Positions 40,425 through 54,900 of a stretch of 64,000 nt of DNA are shown piece by piece. The stretch spans positions 52,576,001-52,640,000 of the forward strand of contig OX597821.1 of the NCBI GenBank assembly GCA_951406725.2, read 5' to 3'. Within the stretch, counting starts at the first letter, position 1. The number at the start of each line of letters is the position of its first letter. A program made the translations under genes and the position numbers. The notes beneath the pieces are model-generated. The model was not told the origin of the DNA, searched no databases, and saw nothing but the letters and a program-made list of their open reading frames with translations. This DNA comes from Octopus vulgaris. Taxonomy: Eukaryota.

Positions 40425-42710
40425 TTAATAATGAAATGAGGAATATTCGAAAGAAGCCAAGGAATTGAAATACCAATTTGAAAACAATGAAATCAGCTGA
40501 GAAACGACAGTGGTATAAGTATTTGGGAATACTGAAAGCAGATGAAACAAGACATGAAGAAATGAATCAAATTACGAGGGAGTATGCTAGGTGAGTGAGA
40601 AATATATTACTGTCGAAGTTGAATTAAAAAAAACATTGTTGAAGTAATAAATGAAGAGCAGTATCGCTAATCAAATACGGAGTTGAAATTGTAGATTGGA
40701 TCGAAAGCGACAAACAGAAACTTGACAGAAACAACTAGAAAGCAATTGACAATATATGGAGCTCAGCGTACGAAAGCTGATATCAAATGGTTGTCATGGA
40801 AGAGAGACCAGGCTGGAAGTAGCTGAATTGATTGGAAGAGTGCGTACAGTTGGAAAGAAAAACGCTACTAGATTATTTACAGAGCAGCACAGAGAAATTG
40901 CTATCGGCGATAAATGTAGAACAGATTATCAAGTGTGGAATAGGAGAACAAAAATGAAATTCTTAGAGTGCATGTTAAGCAAATTGAAAAAAAACCTATG
41001 CGTGGTCAGTTTTGAAAAGTCACTGAGAATGTATGTGGAACAAAGACTTAGGCTTGGTTGAAAGAGTGCGAAAAAAAAAAACAGCTTTATCATACCAGCC
41101 CAAGAGCAAACGTTTAAAACAAACAACTTGAGAAATTATGTGTATGGTGGGAAGAGTCGTCAGCAAAATGTAGAGTGTGTGGGATTTGGGATGAAACAAT
41201 GTCACACACTGTTGCAGAATATCCAGAGTTGACACAGGGAGAATACAAGAAATGGAGGTATGGTCAAGTTGTGAAACTTTTGTCCTACAAGCCTTTTTGA
41301 GAAATAAGCACTTGAAACTAGAAGGACTTGGTATGATCATCGGCTTGAAAAAGTGTTTGAGTCGGAGGAATACAAGATCTTATGAGATTTTCCAATTCAG
41401 TGAAGAAGCTACAAAATAATAAACCAAACATAACAATAACCCTTTCCAAAAGAAAAAAATAATAAATTGTCGATAAGAGAATCGGGGGAGTGACCGTGTG
41501 GCGTGTCAAGGTCTTCAACTGAATTATATAAGAGGGGAACTGAGACAGGATTCTCAAAGTTATGTGGGACCGGTTTTAGAGCAAAGTTACAACCTGCATA
41601 CACAATTTTTGCTAATAGTAGTCATACAAAAGGAAGAATCAGAGACATAATTGTTTGGCTCACGCCATACCATAGGCACAGCAACAGGTATTCCCTTCTG
41701 TTTTCCATTCACCCACTGTGTAAGCCCTGAGTAATACACAGTACAGCATATGTGGTGTGCCCACCTCGTCTTGGTCCCCAGCTTTACACCCGAAGTAATA
41801 TTTATAGACAGTTTTTTTTAATTTAGTGACATGATTCTTCCGCCGGTCACGCGGAGCAAATTTTTCACAGACATAACAAAAATTGTCTGGGTGATTCACG
41901 CAGCCTCTTCTATACATTATCTAATACAAAGAAAACAGTTCAAACATTAATCAAGCAGAGCAATATTTACACATACCACACGTGACGTCAACGCAAACAA
42001 CACTGAGAGTTACCAAGAACAAACTGATGCATTTGATACTTACACACAACCTACAGCGCCATCTATTGCTAAACTAAATATTAACGTTTCTCATCGTTTG
42101 TTTTATTGTTATATCTTTAATTTTGAATTGAGACAGCTTTCATTTTCGCAAATTTTATAATTTTATAAATAGATCTAGCCCAAACTATAATCTTGCGCAA
42201 GCGCATAACTCACATGCTAGAACAATTTTGAGTGCAAATTCGGAATCAACATCTACGATTTAGTCTAAAACAGATGATTTTACTCCAAAAGAAAACATTT
42301 TATTGTCCAGTGTAATAGACAAGAATAAACGAAGTTGCCCACTAATTTTTCCATCGAGTCTATTTGTTTCTAAGATTGTAAAAAAAGAACAAAAATTATT
42401 TAAAAAAAACATCTCTTAAGATTTGAAATTGCGAGATTTTGGAGTAATAGAGCTGTAAAGGTTGTATCTGTAACAACTTGTGTATTAGGAACTATGAAAA
42501 ACAATATTCAGAAATAGTTGAAGGAGATTGGAGTAGAATGTAGAGCTACTAGAGAAGGTTTGCTTCTTGAGGACAGAAAAGATTATCAGAAGGATTTTAA
42601 GAACCTGAACATTATTGAAAGTTTGTAGATATCTAAGTTTACAGAAAGTAACGCGATATCCACATAAATAAATTCTACGAGGAATAAGAACAAACCTTAA
42701 TCAAACTGAA
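40425..42710 (+). mobile_element. Decayed Dong/R4-like LINE interrupted by Chapaev3
   Basis: YKYLGILKAD, PAQEQ, NKPNITI|IDK and KIIRRILRT* motifs. Confidence 0.75.
41440..42312 (-). mobile_element. Internally deleted Chapaev3 (CMC superfamily) DNA transposon
   Basis: RGCVNHPDNFCYVC..YFGCKAGDQD..PH, then VPMVWREP.N....FC and KPVPH. Terminus CACTGGACAA at 42312; TAA TSD. Confidence 0.8.
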
Positions 42711-42949
42711 TAATAATAATTCTTTCTAATTTAGCCACAAGGTCTGTATTTTTGCAGGAAAAGACTAGCCGAGACAAAATACGTCAAAACTTGATTGATT
42801 GGCACTTTAGTTTAGCGACCCCAAGTATGCAAATTTGGACTTAATGAGATATAAACTCAGAAAACAAATTAAGGAAATCTATATGCACAAGGCATTTCAT
42901 TCTATGCTGTAACCATTGAGCAACATGATCGTTCCATGACGACGCCGAT

Positions 42950-42965
42950 GATAATGATGATAATG

Positions 42966-43023
<58 letters not shown>

Positions 43024-43081
43024 TAATAATAATAATAATAATGATAATAATAATAACAATAATAATTATAATTATTATTTC

Positions 43082-43159
<78 letters not shown>

Positions 43160-43185
43160 CATTATTGTTATTATTATTATTATTA
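42950..43185. repeat. (AAT)n followed by (ATT)n, a self-complementary microsatellite
   Basis: Polarity switches near 43060-43080. Confidence 0.9.
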
Positions 43186-44053
43186 TATGCTTAAAACGTG
43201 CATTCTTGCTTGAAATGACATGAATACGCAAAATCATAAGAGGCTTATCCACACGCCGCGTGCACACATAGGCTGCGCAGGTATTAACATGGAAAACATG
43301 TGTATGAGTAATTGTTTATATGCTTGCACAGCTAATTGCACGTAGGTTACTGGAAAATAGGTGGCATGTGTATGAAACAGTGAGATGGATTATCGATTGA
43401 ATTATTGAATCAATAAAAATACAGGAAAGGATGAAAAGGTGAAGAGGTGTATGTGAAAGTCTGAAGTAAGCACAGCACTAATGTCTTTGCTACCGCGACC
43501 AAGACCACCATGGCGTCCACATGATTTTAGTTTACAAACAAATTATTAATGTCTCTCTGTGTATATTTGAAATTACTTGCCTGTTTTGTACCCAGCGACA
43601 TTCTGTATTTTTTACCGACGAGAGAAAAAAACTCTGATTGTCTTAGTCAACATAATCAGTATTACAGCTACTATTACCATTGGTATAATCATCATTACTA
43701 CAGTTGCCAACATTACGTATGTTATCTTTGTCACTAACACCAATTCTATAAAGTATTATCTAACATCGCCATCACCATCATAATCCTCTTCCCGAACGCA
43801 CCCAACTATAGCAATAACTTCATAAACACCGACACTGCAATATTTTCACATACATCAGTATCATGACCACCAAAGTCTGTACTAATTTATCTGCTGTATT
43901 GTACCGAAGCTATTGAACTAGTATGATAAACTTTCTGTTCTTAAGAATCTTTCTAGCAGTGAAAACATTTCTACTTATCAATTAGGATGCATCAAGCTCT
44001 CGTTGCGTAAGCATCTACTTGACCGCCTTCCTTTCATCCTTTGATATACTCTC

Positions 44054-44140
<87 letters not shown>
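44054..44140. repeat. (TATC)n tetranucleotide repeat
   Basis: Read directly. Confidence 0.95.
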
Positions 44141-44424
44141 ATTAAACACGCACCTCACACACGTACACACATGCACAATCACACATACACACACACGTGT
44201 AATAATATAAAATCAGGCAACGCAGGAAAAAGAATTGTGATAAATAAGGTGTTGGCTTAAAGCTTTAATTGAAAGAGAAAATGCCTTGACATTTCAAACT
44301 TTAGTTTTTCATCAGAACCAAAAATAAAACAAACAAAAAACGATGTAGAAATGGAGGGTGGAGTAGAACTAGTTTGTCATAAACAAAAAAGGCGAAAACA
44401 ATGGAAAGATGGTTAAAAATTAAG

Positions 44425-44841
44425 TAAGAACACCCCCTCAAAATAAGGGTAGAGGAACATCGCAAAGCTGTGATGTGACAGGAGGAGATAGATAAATCGG
44501 GTATAGCTGATCATGTATGGATAAATGGAGACCACCTCCCCCTGTGGGATGAAGTTAAAATAATAGACAGAGAACACCACTGGAAAATACGAAAACTAAA
44601 AGAAGCAGCATATACGCTAGGACACAACAACCACTAAGCAGACCGAGTGCAGATATGAGTAGCATATGGGAACCGGTATTAAGGAAGGATAGAAGAATAT
44701 TAGATTTATAAGCCCTGATAATTCACTCCAGGATTGCCCACAGGCATATGACGTAGTGATAAATTGCGCGGGCTACTAACCCCAAGATTCCGAGTTCGAT
44801 TCCAGGTAGTGACATGAATAATGATAATGATAATAATAATG

Positions 44842-44881
<40 letters not shown>

Positions 44882-45010
44882 CAACAACAACAACAAAAAC
44901 ATCAAAAATTGCCGTAGGGATGAGAACCCATTTCCCCAAAACACCTGATGAAATGTGTTAAGAATAAGCAAGATGAGGACAAATATCCGTCAAATGTAAA
45001 TAATATATTT
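44425..45010 (+). mobile_element. Penelope-like element 3' end: GIY-YIG C-terminal part, tRNA-like module and deleted hammerhead
   Basis: LKIRVEEHRKAV..SGIADHVW..W.EVKIIDRE.HWKIRKLKEA. tRNA-like segment 44743-44816; AACAC-CTGATGAA-AT-GTGTT at ~44940-44958. Confidence 0.75.
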
Positions 45011-46370
45011 GTAATTTATGTAAGTGAAGACGTGTGCATAGTTTGAGAGAAGACGAGCTTCTGTTCTGTTTCATCGCGATGCCTTTGATGTTTAAGGCCA
45101 GACCGATTATACGGATATTTTGGTTGAAGTAACCAGCTTGGTGATCACGACGATAACTTGAATGTTTTGTAAAATAAAGAGGTGTGGCACCAGTAATTGG
45201 ATTAGGGAAATTTCCTTGTAAGGTGAAGGAGGCGGAGTGGTGTAGGTTACAAGCAGGCTTAAAAGAGGGAACAGGTGTGGGAATGAAGAAACGAAACAAG
45301 ACAAAGTCAAATTGTCGAGTTGTTGGTGGCAAAAGAAGCATTATGGGAGCAGCTTGCTGAAATGGTAGGTTAGGAGAAACGAAATGGGGCAAAATGGATT
45401 CGGGATAAGAGTTTAACGGCTGACATTTGCTTAATGGCAAGGGCATAGGAAATTGAGAGTGTAACAGCCTCCAGTAAGGAGACTGGCCACATGTTGAGCC
45501 TCAGTCTGAAAGTCATGGTTGTAGGTACAGGTACAGAAACGGTAAAGATGGAGAAACTAGGAATAGTGTGTATGTACTTGACGGGAGGTGGGATTCAAAT
45601 GGTTTGCACAAAACATATGTTGAGACAGTAAATATGGAATGGTCGAATGACGGAGGAGCAAAAGGAGCTTATGGAGGATATGAAGGGATCTATGTTTGCT
45701 GGAGAGAGATGCGGCCCCGCAACCAGTCATCAATGTAACGACAGTAAGCGCTGGGGTAAGTGAGATGAACACGGGATGGATTTGATAAAGGATATACAAA
45801 TACAAACATGTATACACACACCTACTCAGATATTTATATTAGCATATTTTTTTTTTACTTTTCCCGTTTCTAAAACTAACAAAATATTAACTTTCACTCA
45901 GCATATATGTAAATACACATACTCGCACACATATACCCATAAGGTTACATGCATGTATATATATATATATATATGTTATGCGGCAATATGTATCTATGTG
46001 TGTTTCAGTATATGTGCATGTCGGTTTGTATGCGTGTGTTTGTGTTTACTGTGCTGATATTGGTGTGCGTGAGCGAAATATTTTCCCACATATTACACAA
46101 ATTTAATGCGCATTTCTAACTAAACGTTGCTAAGGAGAATCTAACGAAATGGAAAGAAAGTGTTTATCTTTCGATAATTCATTAATTATTTATGATACAA
46201 TTTATGATATTCGAATTTCTAACTCTTCATTTCACAAATTAAAATTTAACTCTAAGACGCTTTCTTTAACAATAAGCAATTATTTAATATATTTCCACTT
46301 ACTACTACTACTACTACTACTACTAACAATAATAATAATAACAACAACAACTGCAGCAACAATAATAACT

Positions 46371-46920
46371 GCCCTGATGCAGTACCAGACAGTGGCTTTC
46401 GTGGCTTCTTATCTCAACTGCTAGGAAGTGTTATCATGTACATTGTTTTGTCGTGGTATAAATTATAGGCTACAGCAAATATTCTCTGAAATACCACATG
46501 TCAGTTGTTTGACCATAATAACCAGTTGAGCACGGCCTTTAGTGGCTGACGATATGTGCATTTCTGAACACGAGCAGAGTATTGGGGGAGCATCATAGCC
46601 ATGTATTGAGTGGAATTCTTTAGGGTTTGGATAATTTACCTCTGGAAATATGAATGTTTAGCTCAACATACTTAAGGAACCCTTATTCAGGGAACTTTTG
46701 AGCGGCATGGGCTACTCGACCCGAAGAAAATTCTAACTGGCACCCACCTGCAAGATCATGCGCTCGTAATCTTGATATGAGATCACTACGTCGCGCACAT
46801 TTGGTTGTGATGATGCATGTGCCTGGTGTACTCTTATCAGACAGGTAGTCATGATGGGCATACTGCGCTCTTATATTTTAGCTCAGTGTAACTTTGATGA
46901 CATGCACCGATCTCAAACTC
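46371..46920 (+). mobile_element. Family D non-coding repeat, apparently full length
   Basis: Starts GCCCTGATGCAGTACCAG and ends just before (TAA)n. Confidence 0.8.
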
Positions 46921-46925
46921 GATAC

Positions 46926-46980
<55 letters not shown>

Positions 46981-47268
46981 GACTTAAAGTGGGAAATACG
47001 AAGGTTGTGGTCAATGAAGAGTGTAGACGTGATACCAATAGTAATTGGTGCACTTGGAACTATCAGTACTCACATACCAACATGGCTGAAAGAGATCGGT
47101 GCAAGTGTGAAGTTAGAACTCCTACAAAAATCAGAATCGCTTGGAACTGCAAGAATTCTTTGCAGGATTCTTGAAGCATGACCATTAAAACAAATGACAC
47201 CTTAAGTCTGCTAGCTGTGGACAGCGGACACATTCCATCATAACCAGCAATATAAGCTGTGAGTTTTA

Positions 47269-47352
<84 letters not shown>

Positions 47353-47512
47353 CAATAATAATAATAATAATATTAAGGCACTGCCCACATCCTACGCAGA
47401 ACACTTTCCATACAGTAACCATCAGAGCATCACAACAAATCACAGCACATACCCAAGGCACACAGAGCTGCGCTCGGTAGTGTAGTGAAAGCACGTTATA
47501 AAATTAAAACTA

Positions 47513-47516
<4 letters not shown>
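46981..47516 (+). mobile_element. Two short Dong/R4-like 3' ends within (TAA)n
   Basis: DLKWEIRRLW..VIPIVIGALGT..LGTARIL* at 46981-47181 and GTAHILRRTLSIQ* at ~47377-47418, each followed by (TAA)n. Confidence 0.8.
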
Positions 47517-47564
<48 letters not shown>

Positions 47565-47566
<2 letters not shown>

Positions 47567-47780
47567 CCTTTTGTACTATAGGCACAATGTCTGAAAATTT
47601 GGGGGAGGTGCTTGTCGATTACATCGACCCCAGTTCTTCACCACTATTAAATTTATTGACCCCGAAAGGCTGAAAGGCAAAGTCGTCCTCGACGAAATAT
47701 GAACTCAAAATGTAGCATCCAACAAAATTCCACTAAGCATTTCACCCGGCGTGCTAATGACGCTACCTGCTCACCTCGTT
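47565..47780 (-). mobile_element. SINE family A monomer
   Basis: Same central domain; embedded in (TAA)n. Confidence 0.8.
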
Positions 47781-47892
47781 AATAATAATAATAATGTTTA
47801 AGAAGATATTAACAATTCCGTAAAAAACTTTTAAAATTTAACATCGTCAAACACAAATCCAGAATTATAAATTAACAGTATTATATCCGGAT

Positions 47893-48129
47893 ATAAAGGC
47901 GGCGCGCTGGCAGATACGTTAACAACGTCCGGCGAAATGTGTAGCCGTATTTCGTCTGCCGTTACGTTCTGAGTTCAAATTTCACCGAGGTCGACTTTGC
48001 CTTTCATCCTTTCGGGGTCGATTAAATAAGTACCAGTTACGCACTGGGGTCGATATAATCGACTTAATCCGTTTGTCTGTCCTTGTTTGTCCTCTCTGTG
48101 TTTAGCCCCTTGTGGGTAGTAAAGAAATA
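47893..48129 (+). mobile_element. Young SINE family A monomer with 16-bp TSD
   Basis: TSD AGTATTATATCCGGAT at 47877-47892 and 48130-48145. Confidence 0.92.
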
Positions 48130-50354
48130 AGTATTATATCCGGATGATTTTATGCTTGCTGCCAAACGATGTTTGCACATTTCATTCCCAATTTCTATAC
48201 TTTCTTCTGATATGATACATCTAATTTTCCTTTGTATCATTTATTAGTCAAATAGTTCTATCATAATAAATACATTTTTAATAACACAAAGCACTAGAAT
48301 TTTTGGAGAAATCGAATATTATCTTTGACTTAACATAATCCCGTAAAAGTTTTCATTTTATGATTTTTTACGAACACCCAGTAATTATGAAACTATACTG
48401 GAATCAATATAATTTGATTAAACTTATAATATTTTGGCAACCTTTATATTTCTTTCAAATTAAATATAAAGAGATGTTAAAACCATTATCTTGCTTTGTA
48501 TAATGACTATGTCGCAGAAAATAAGAAAATTGAAAACCCCATTTTCATCAAAATTACATTAGAATTGGAATATTTAAATATTTTGTAGACAGCGTAGATC
48601 TTAAAATTGCTTACTATTAGTAAAATTTACATACTAGAAATTAATTACTAGATAGCTTCCTTTATTATATATAGTACAGATAATATATTGTTTACAAAAT
48701 ACAGAGTATAATGTAAATATCTCAAGCGAGTGGGATAAAGAAGACTGTGATAAAAATATTGTTAAGTATAAACGAAACAAATTTAGACCGTCACAATAAA
48801 TATAACAGATATTTAGTCTCTGTCTTACATGTAAAATAATTATTTAACTGTAAAGCTTTCGAACAAGATTAATGAACAAATAAAGATTTAGAACTAATAT
48901 GAAAATACATTTCAAATGGAAACGGACGTTATTTAATATGAATAAATTTGAATAAAGTACATCCTCCGCAAGGTCGAACAGCAACAAACATGACCGGCGC
49001 AGCCAATTGTGATAATTGTACAAAAGTATATAAAGTGTAATTCAAAATGAGCGTTATCTCGTGTTATATTTGGAGAAAAAAAAAACGGTCGTCTTTTATT
49101 ACTTCCGCCCTAAAATAAATCAAAATATAAGATAACGTTGTAGCAGTGAACACTACATTGAATTGTTAGAGACTTACACAACAGCATTATATCCAACACA
49201 GACTTATACTGTAAAAACGGTATATTTTATCGAACAACGAAATGAAGAATATATAAATACGATCTTACGTAAATGCAAACTTAAAGAGATTTAAAATAAA
49301 CAATGATAAAATCTCACGAAAGAGAGAAATACCACAAAATGTAATAATAAATTCACATTGAGAATAAAAGAAGACTACCGACTAAATATGACATGAATGT
49401 ATAACAAACTAAGCATTTCAAAAAACCAGACACACGCGCAAACTTACACGAAAATATCATACGCACAAGACTTTACAGAAGAAAGAAACTAATGCAACAA
49501 GGACATTACATGCAATAAAGAGGAAAGCAAACTAAAACTCTCTGTTTAGCATGTTGTCCGACTCGCAACTGATTTTGCTATCTCCCTACCGAAAAAATCG
49601 TTTCCAACTACAGTGAATCGAGAGCTTTACTGGAACTTCATTTTATCGGCTCCGAAAGAGTGAAATGTATAATTGACCTCAGTAGAATATCAACTCAGGT
49701 ATTATTATGATGATGATGTTGATAATGATGATAGCGAAGATGATGATGATATTGCTTGTTGTGGTGGTGCTTTTATGAGCCATCAACTGACTCACTAAAT
49801 AGGAGGATGTAAGACGGAAACTATTACAGAGACAGCTTGTTAAAATATAAACAAATGTATGGTAACAGTAATGTTTTAAACCAGAAATTTCACCAGCTGG
49901 GTGACAGCTCTCCAGATTAGTAGATTACACCGCCCCTATCACTTGGCTAGTGCTTCATTTTAATATCATATAGACGTGATATTAATTCTCTAACAGTAGA
50001 ACTAAAAAAGCAAGTGGAAATGAAGATATCTCACACTAACAGTTGAAAATACTCTGGAATAATGGTATTCAGAATCTGCACAATTGGAAAGAAACACGCT
50101 ATAAGTATTGGCGGATAGCATTAGAGACATATGTGCATCAACAGAGACTAGAGGTAAATTAATAACGCAAAATTAAAATTACATAGCGAACATTTACGAG
50201 AGAAATAGTCCGATACACGGAACTAATATGACGTAGAAAAGTATCGCACGCATAATACGTAGATAACTGTTAACTTATAGTAGCAAAAATTGAAGTAGTA
50301 AGCACTGGACAGATATGACGTATATCTTTTTATACAATAAACCTGCATATTGAC

Positions 50355-50392
<38 letters not shown>

Positions 50393-52682
50393 TGTGGCGT
50401 AACATCTTGTATTTGTAGTCAGAGGGATCACTATAGAAACTTCTTTGTTGTCCTCACATAGAGATTCCCTTTTAGAACTAGAGGCTTTAAACCATAGCTC
50501 TCGTCCTTAGAACTGAGTTGAAGAACACGTGTTCACGGAGCCAAAGTAATCGGTGGGATGTTCAAAACAGAAATAACTTTGATGCTAAATTTACTCAGAT
50601 AAGACTGACGTTTGGCTGATCAACAACAACAACATTGGTCATATTTTTGTCTCGAAACAGAATATCTCAATTTCTTACATTTAAACACCTTCTTAACTTG
50701 AAATGAAATAAGCGTGGGGATACGGCATCGATCGTGAGCTCACATAGAGATATATCTTTATAGTTTGATCTTGTCCTCAAGTACCAGCTTAACTCTGAAC
50801 CAAAGGAACTATAGGGAAAGATGTTCCAGACAGACATGAAAATCTCTTCTACCGTGTAGGGCAATAATGTGGTAATTTCTAAGAATTTAGGGTAGAATAT
50901 AAGGGATTAATGGCTTCTAACCTTTTAGCGGGTAGAATGACTTTGGAGTGTTGTCTTGGTTGACTTTATCTTCTCCCCCACCTCTCTCTCTCTGTTACTT
51001 AGTTATTACATTTCTAGATTCTATTCTTTCCACGTTATATGACCTAATCGTAAACAATAGACTCAAAGTAGTTAGAGGTTAATTAACTGAAAGAGGTTAT
51101 CCACAACCCAGGATGATATTTATTTCTAATTTGACTAATTTATAATGTCAGAGAAAAAGGAACATGACGCTAATACTATAGATTCCAGCGATTACTGAAA
51201 TGATAAATCTTTAAACCCCACTCGGATAAGTTACATAATAAATTAACAAGTCGCTTATGTATAGTGGTTATAGTGCATTCAGCATGGTGTAATGATTGCT
51301 TTATTAGATGAAGGAATGAAGGCTGCTGTGTTCTTTTAGATTTAGATTACTGATAATGATGATGACGACGAGGACGGCGGCGATGATGATGATGATGATA
51401 CCATTCTTTCTTGTTAGCGCTTCGTATTAGTACTATTGATTATAACCTTGTCAAATTTTGAAAGAAGATCTAGTGACATGTTATTAGCAAGTAAAAGAAA
51501 CGAGAAATGGGAGATGAAATATGTCAGAAAGTGAAGCCAAAAGTCTGTAAGCAACGTTAATTGATTTAAAGTTGCTGATAAAATAGAAAGTAAAAACAGA
51601 AGAGAACTTTATTCAATTTAATTTCGATTAAAATAACAAAGGGTTATTTTTCGAAATAATATTGATTTCCCAACAGAAATAAAAATATTTTTTTTAGTCC
51701 TTTACCTTTACTTTCTAGGAATTTTCCAAGTGTAAACAAATTTGAATTATATTTTGGTAACATATGTTTGTGGAATAGTGAGTTAATTGCGTGGCGCTTG
51801 CAGTATTTCAGTCTTTACATTGACGATGTGAAGATAGGTTTTACTATAGCAAATACGTATGGTCTTTCAGTTTGCATTTCGAATGTTATTGTTTGGATAA
51901 GCGTAGACAAAGAAAGAGCTTGTGTCTGTTTATAGAAGTAATTCCTTAAAAAAAACTCAAGCCTGGTGCACAGAAAAGTGGTTCATTGGACTAAGCTAAT
52001 AAATAGTGGTTAGCAGAAGAAAAAAAAAACATACAAAAGTTAGGAGATTATCAACGAGATATGGTTAGGTAAATTTGGTATTTAAAATAACAAATTTGCT
52101 TTGGGCAGGAACAGCTGTTAATCGTCAATGCATAGCTTCTGTTGACTCAATTGAATTAGTGATAGGTATCGTGTTATCATGGACAGGCAAAAGTGGGTTG
52201 GCGCAGCTGGTGGTAAACATGTTTCGTACCATTGTTATTGTGATAATTGAATTAGTGATAGTTATCATAATATGATAGATAGGCGTTAGTCTGTCACAGA
52301 CGAATTGATAAGTGTGCCCAGTAGTAAAGTAAATTTAGTGGCATAAAATTACTTGTACTTTCCGAAAATAAAACGAAACATCTGCAATGTATTCGAACAC
52401 GTACTTCATTGAAAGCAAGATGTTGTCGATTACGTAGAAAATGACAGAACTTAAACCACTGTTCAGGTATCTGTAGAGGATCAATACGTAAATTATATAG
52501 ACAGGTAAAGATATTTAAAAGCAGCACGACTCTTTCCTTACTTCTGTATGACCTTTTAACAGACAGTTCAATATTTTCTGTCAACTTTAAATTGTAATAG
52601 AGTAAGAAAGGGGTAGGGAAAGCTAATGATAGATACACAGATAGATAGACAAAAAGAGACAAATATATATATACACATACAC

Positions 52683-52781
<99 letters not shown>

Positions 52782-53649
52782 AAGAAAAGGTATATATGAA
52801 CAATAATATATTAGTAGGGCAATTTATGTTTAACAACTAATGGCTGCGAAAAAGCACCATTATGAATATATCAATTATTTAGTCTCCACTTTCAATATTA
52901 TGAGTTCAATCTCTATCCGGTTTTTCTTAGCTATTCGTGCAATTTAAGTCAATAAAATATAAAAAAAAAACAAATAATATATCTTTAGTCAATTAAAATA
53001 ATATACACTCATCTAATTTATTTTTATTCTTTTCTGATTCTTTTCTCTTAGAAATCATTGCTTTGATCACAACAAGAATTCGATGTCTGCTTTTGTGAGA
53101 AATATCGAAATAGAAATACCTCAGATGTCTAAAAGTTCAACTCAATTAATCTCGGTGTTAGTTTTCAGTGCGGCAAAGATTGACATTAATATAATTAATA
53201 TTATGTAAATGCAATGTAATTAGTAAATTAAAGTTTTTGCCTATTATTTATAAGCGTTCACTACTTATAATAAAGTTATTTCTAACAGAATGTTAAACAA
53301 TGGTAGTTTCAAAGGTTAAATATACACAAGTTGCCAAATGTTGAAGTTAGTTAATTTTAAGAAATTTAGACATTATTTCCTTCAATAGGAGCAATGTATT
53401 ACAAGAGACTATTATAAAATATTATTATCAAGTAAGATCATCAAATCTATTATCTTATACTATTATCTAATACTATTATCGAATGTTAATGTCGGATGCT
53501 ATTATCAAATACATTTATCAAATTCTAAATTAATTCTCTTGTCTAAGACTTTGATCGAGATGGCAGAAGAGAGAAATGAAGGGGAAATGAAAGTTTCTAA
53601 TTTTCATGATAGAAACAATTGTCTATGTATAGTTTTAATCATATGTAGA

Positions 53650-54900
53650 CAGAAAATTACAAGGAGATAATAAACGTGTTCTAAATCAGAGTTGTATAAT
53701 ATCTGTGCAGAGAAGTATTATTACAGAAGTATCTCAAGTATAGAAAGAAGGATGTGAATTTAAATATAATTATATATAGTCTACTAACAATTTTCTGTTT
53801 TCAATGTATTTAGGTAGGTGTGGGTTAAATAGAAGTTAGCTGTGGATTTAGATTGAACGCGGGCATTGATAAAGATTAATATGGGTTATGTGAAAGAATT
53901 ATCCATTAAAGTGTGGTTGTGCAAGCAAATTCAATCGTCTGCTATTATTGAAATGTATTAGTGTATATCAGAGTGAATTGTTTGAAAAGATGCTTAATTT
54001 TATGAGTATCAATGGAATATATTAAAGAACAAAAGGCCCAAATAGGGTAACGCAATGTCGTAGAAAATAATTCATTAAAGCAGTATCAAATAAGAAAAGT
54101 AACGATTGCACAAACCGAATATATATATGACTATACTAATAAACACTGATACAGAGAGCTGAATAATTTTGGCATTCAGAGAATGGACCGTACTTAGATG
54201 TATAGACTTGACATAAGTTCAAAAGGATTTAGGTATCTTCAGAATATGGATGAAAGTGTTATATGTGGATATTCCTACTGAGCTATGTCAAGGTTTTTAA
54301 AATCTTCGAAATCTTTGAATGTTTAATTTGGACAAGAAGGAAAATATACAGTGTCTAATAACCGATGGTGTATATATAAACTATTTCCTAATAATTTGTG
54401 GTGACCAAGTGGCATGATTTTCTTAGTTGTGTGTTAGTTAGTGAAGAGAAAATTTTGAAAGGGGATTGCGGTTAACCGAACATTGATTTCAGAATGTTTG
54501 AGAATGGAGGTTGGAAATGAATGTGAAGAACCTAAAATAAGGAGAATATATATCATAGAGAATTTGTTAGTTTCTATACTTGCCTGATGTACACTATTTT
54601 GGTGTTCGTATTTACGGTCAAAATGGCAGCAGTTATTGGGCCATACACAGTTAAAATTAATGGAATCGCAGTTCAGTGCCCGCTGATTAGGTTTAAGATG
54701 TTATAAGGTAACTCATATTTATGCAATATTTTACTTTTATAAATGCTATATAGCAGAAAAAAATGTTTACTTTAAGCGTTGAAGAATATTTTGCAGCTGG
54801 TATTCTTACAGTTAATTCGAATGGGGAAATTCAGTCAGATTGTATTTTTCAAACTATTCCTGATTTTGTTTCCAGTTATATATTGGCGGTTAACTTGGAA
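53650..54900 (-). mobile_element. Very decayed Penelope-like RT remnant
   Basis: Minus strand TATGTCAAGTCTATACA resembles the D(V)xSLYT motif; many stops; boundaries approximate. Confidence 0.3.

Noticed and set aside
46371-46440. HDV-like ribozyme at the 5' end of family D
   Set aside because: Only one hairpin found; could not assign P1/P1.1/P2/P3.
52075-52275. 66-aa hydrophobic ORF
   Set aside because: No recognisable domain or splice context; contains a short local duplication (AATTGAATTAGTGATAG).
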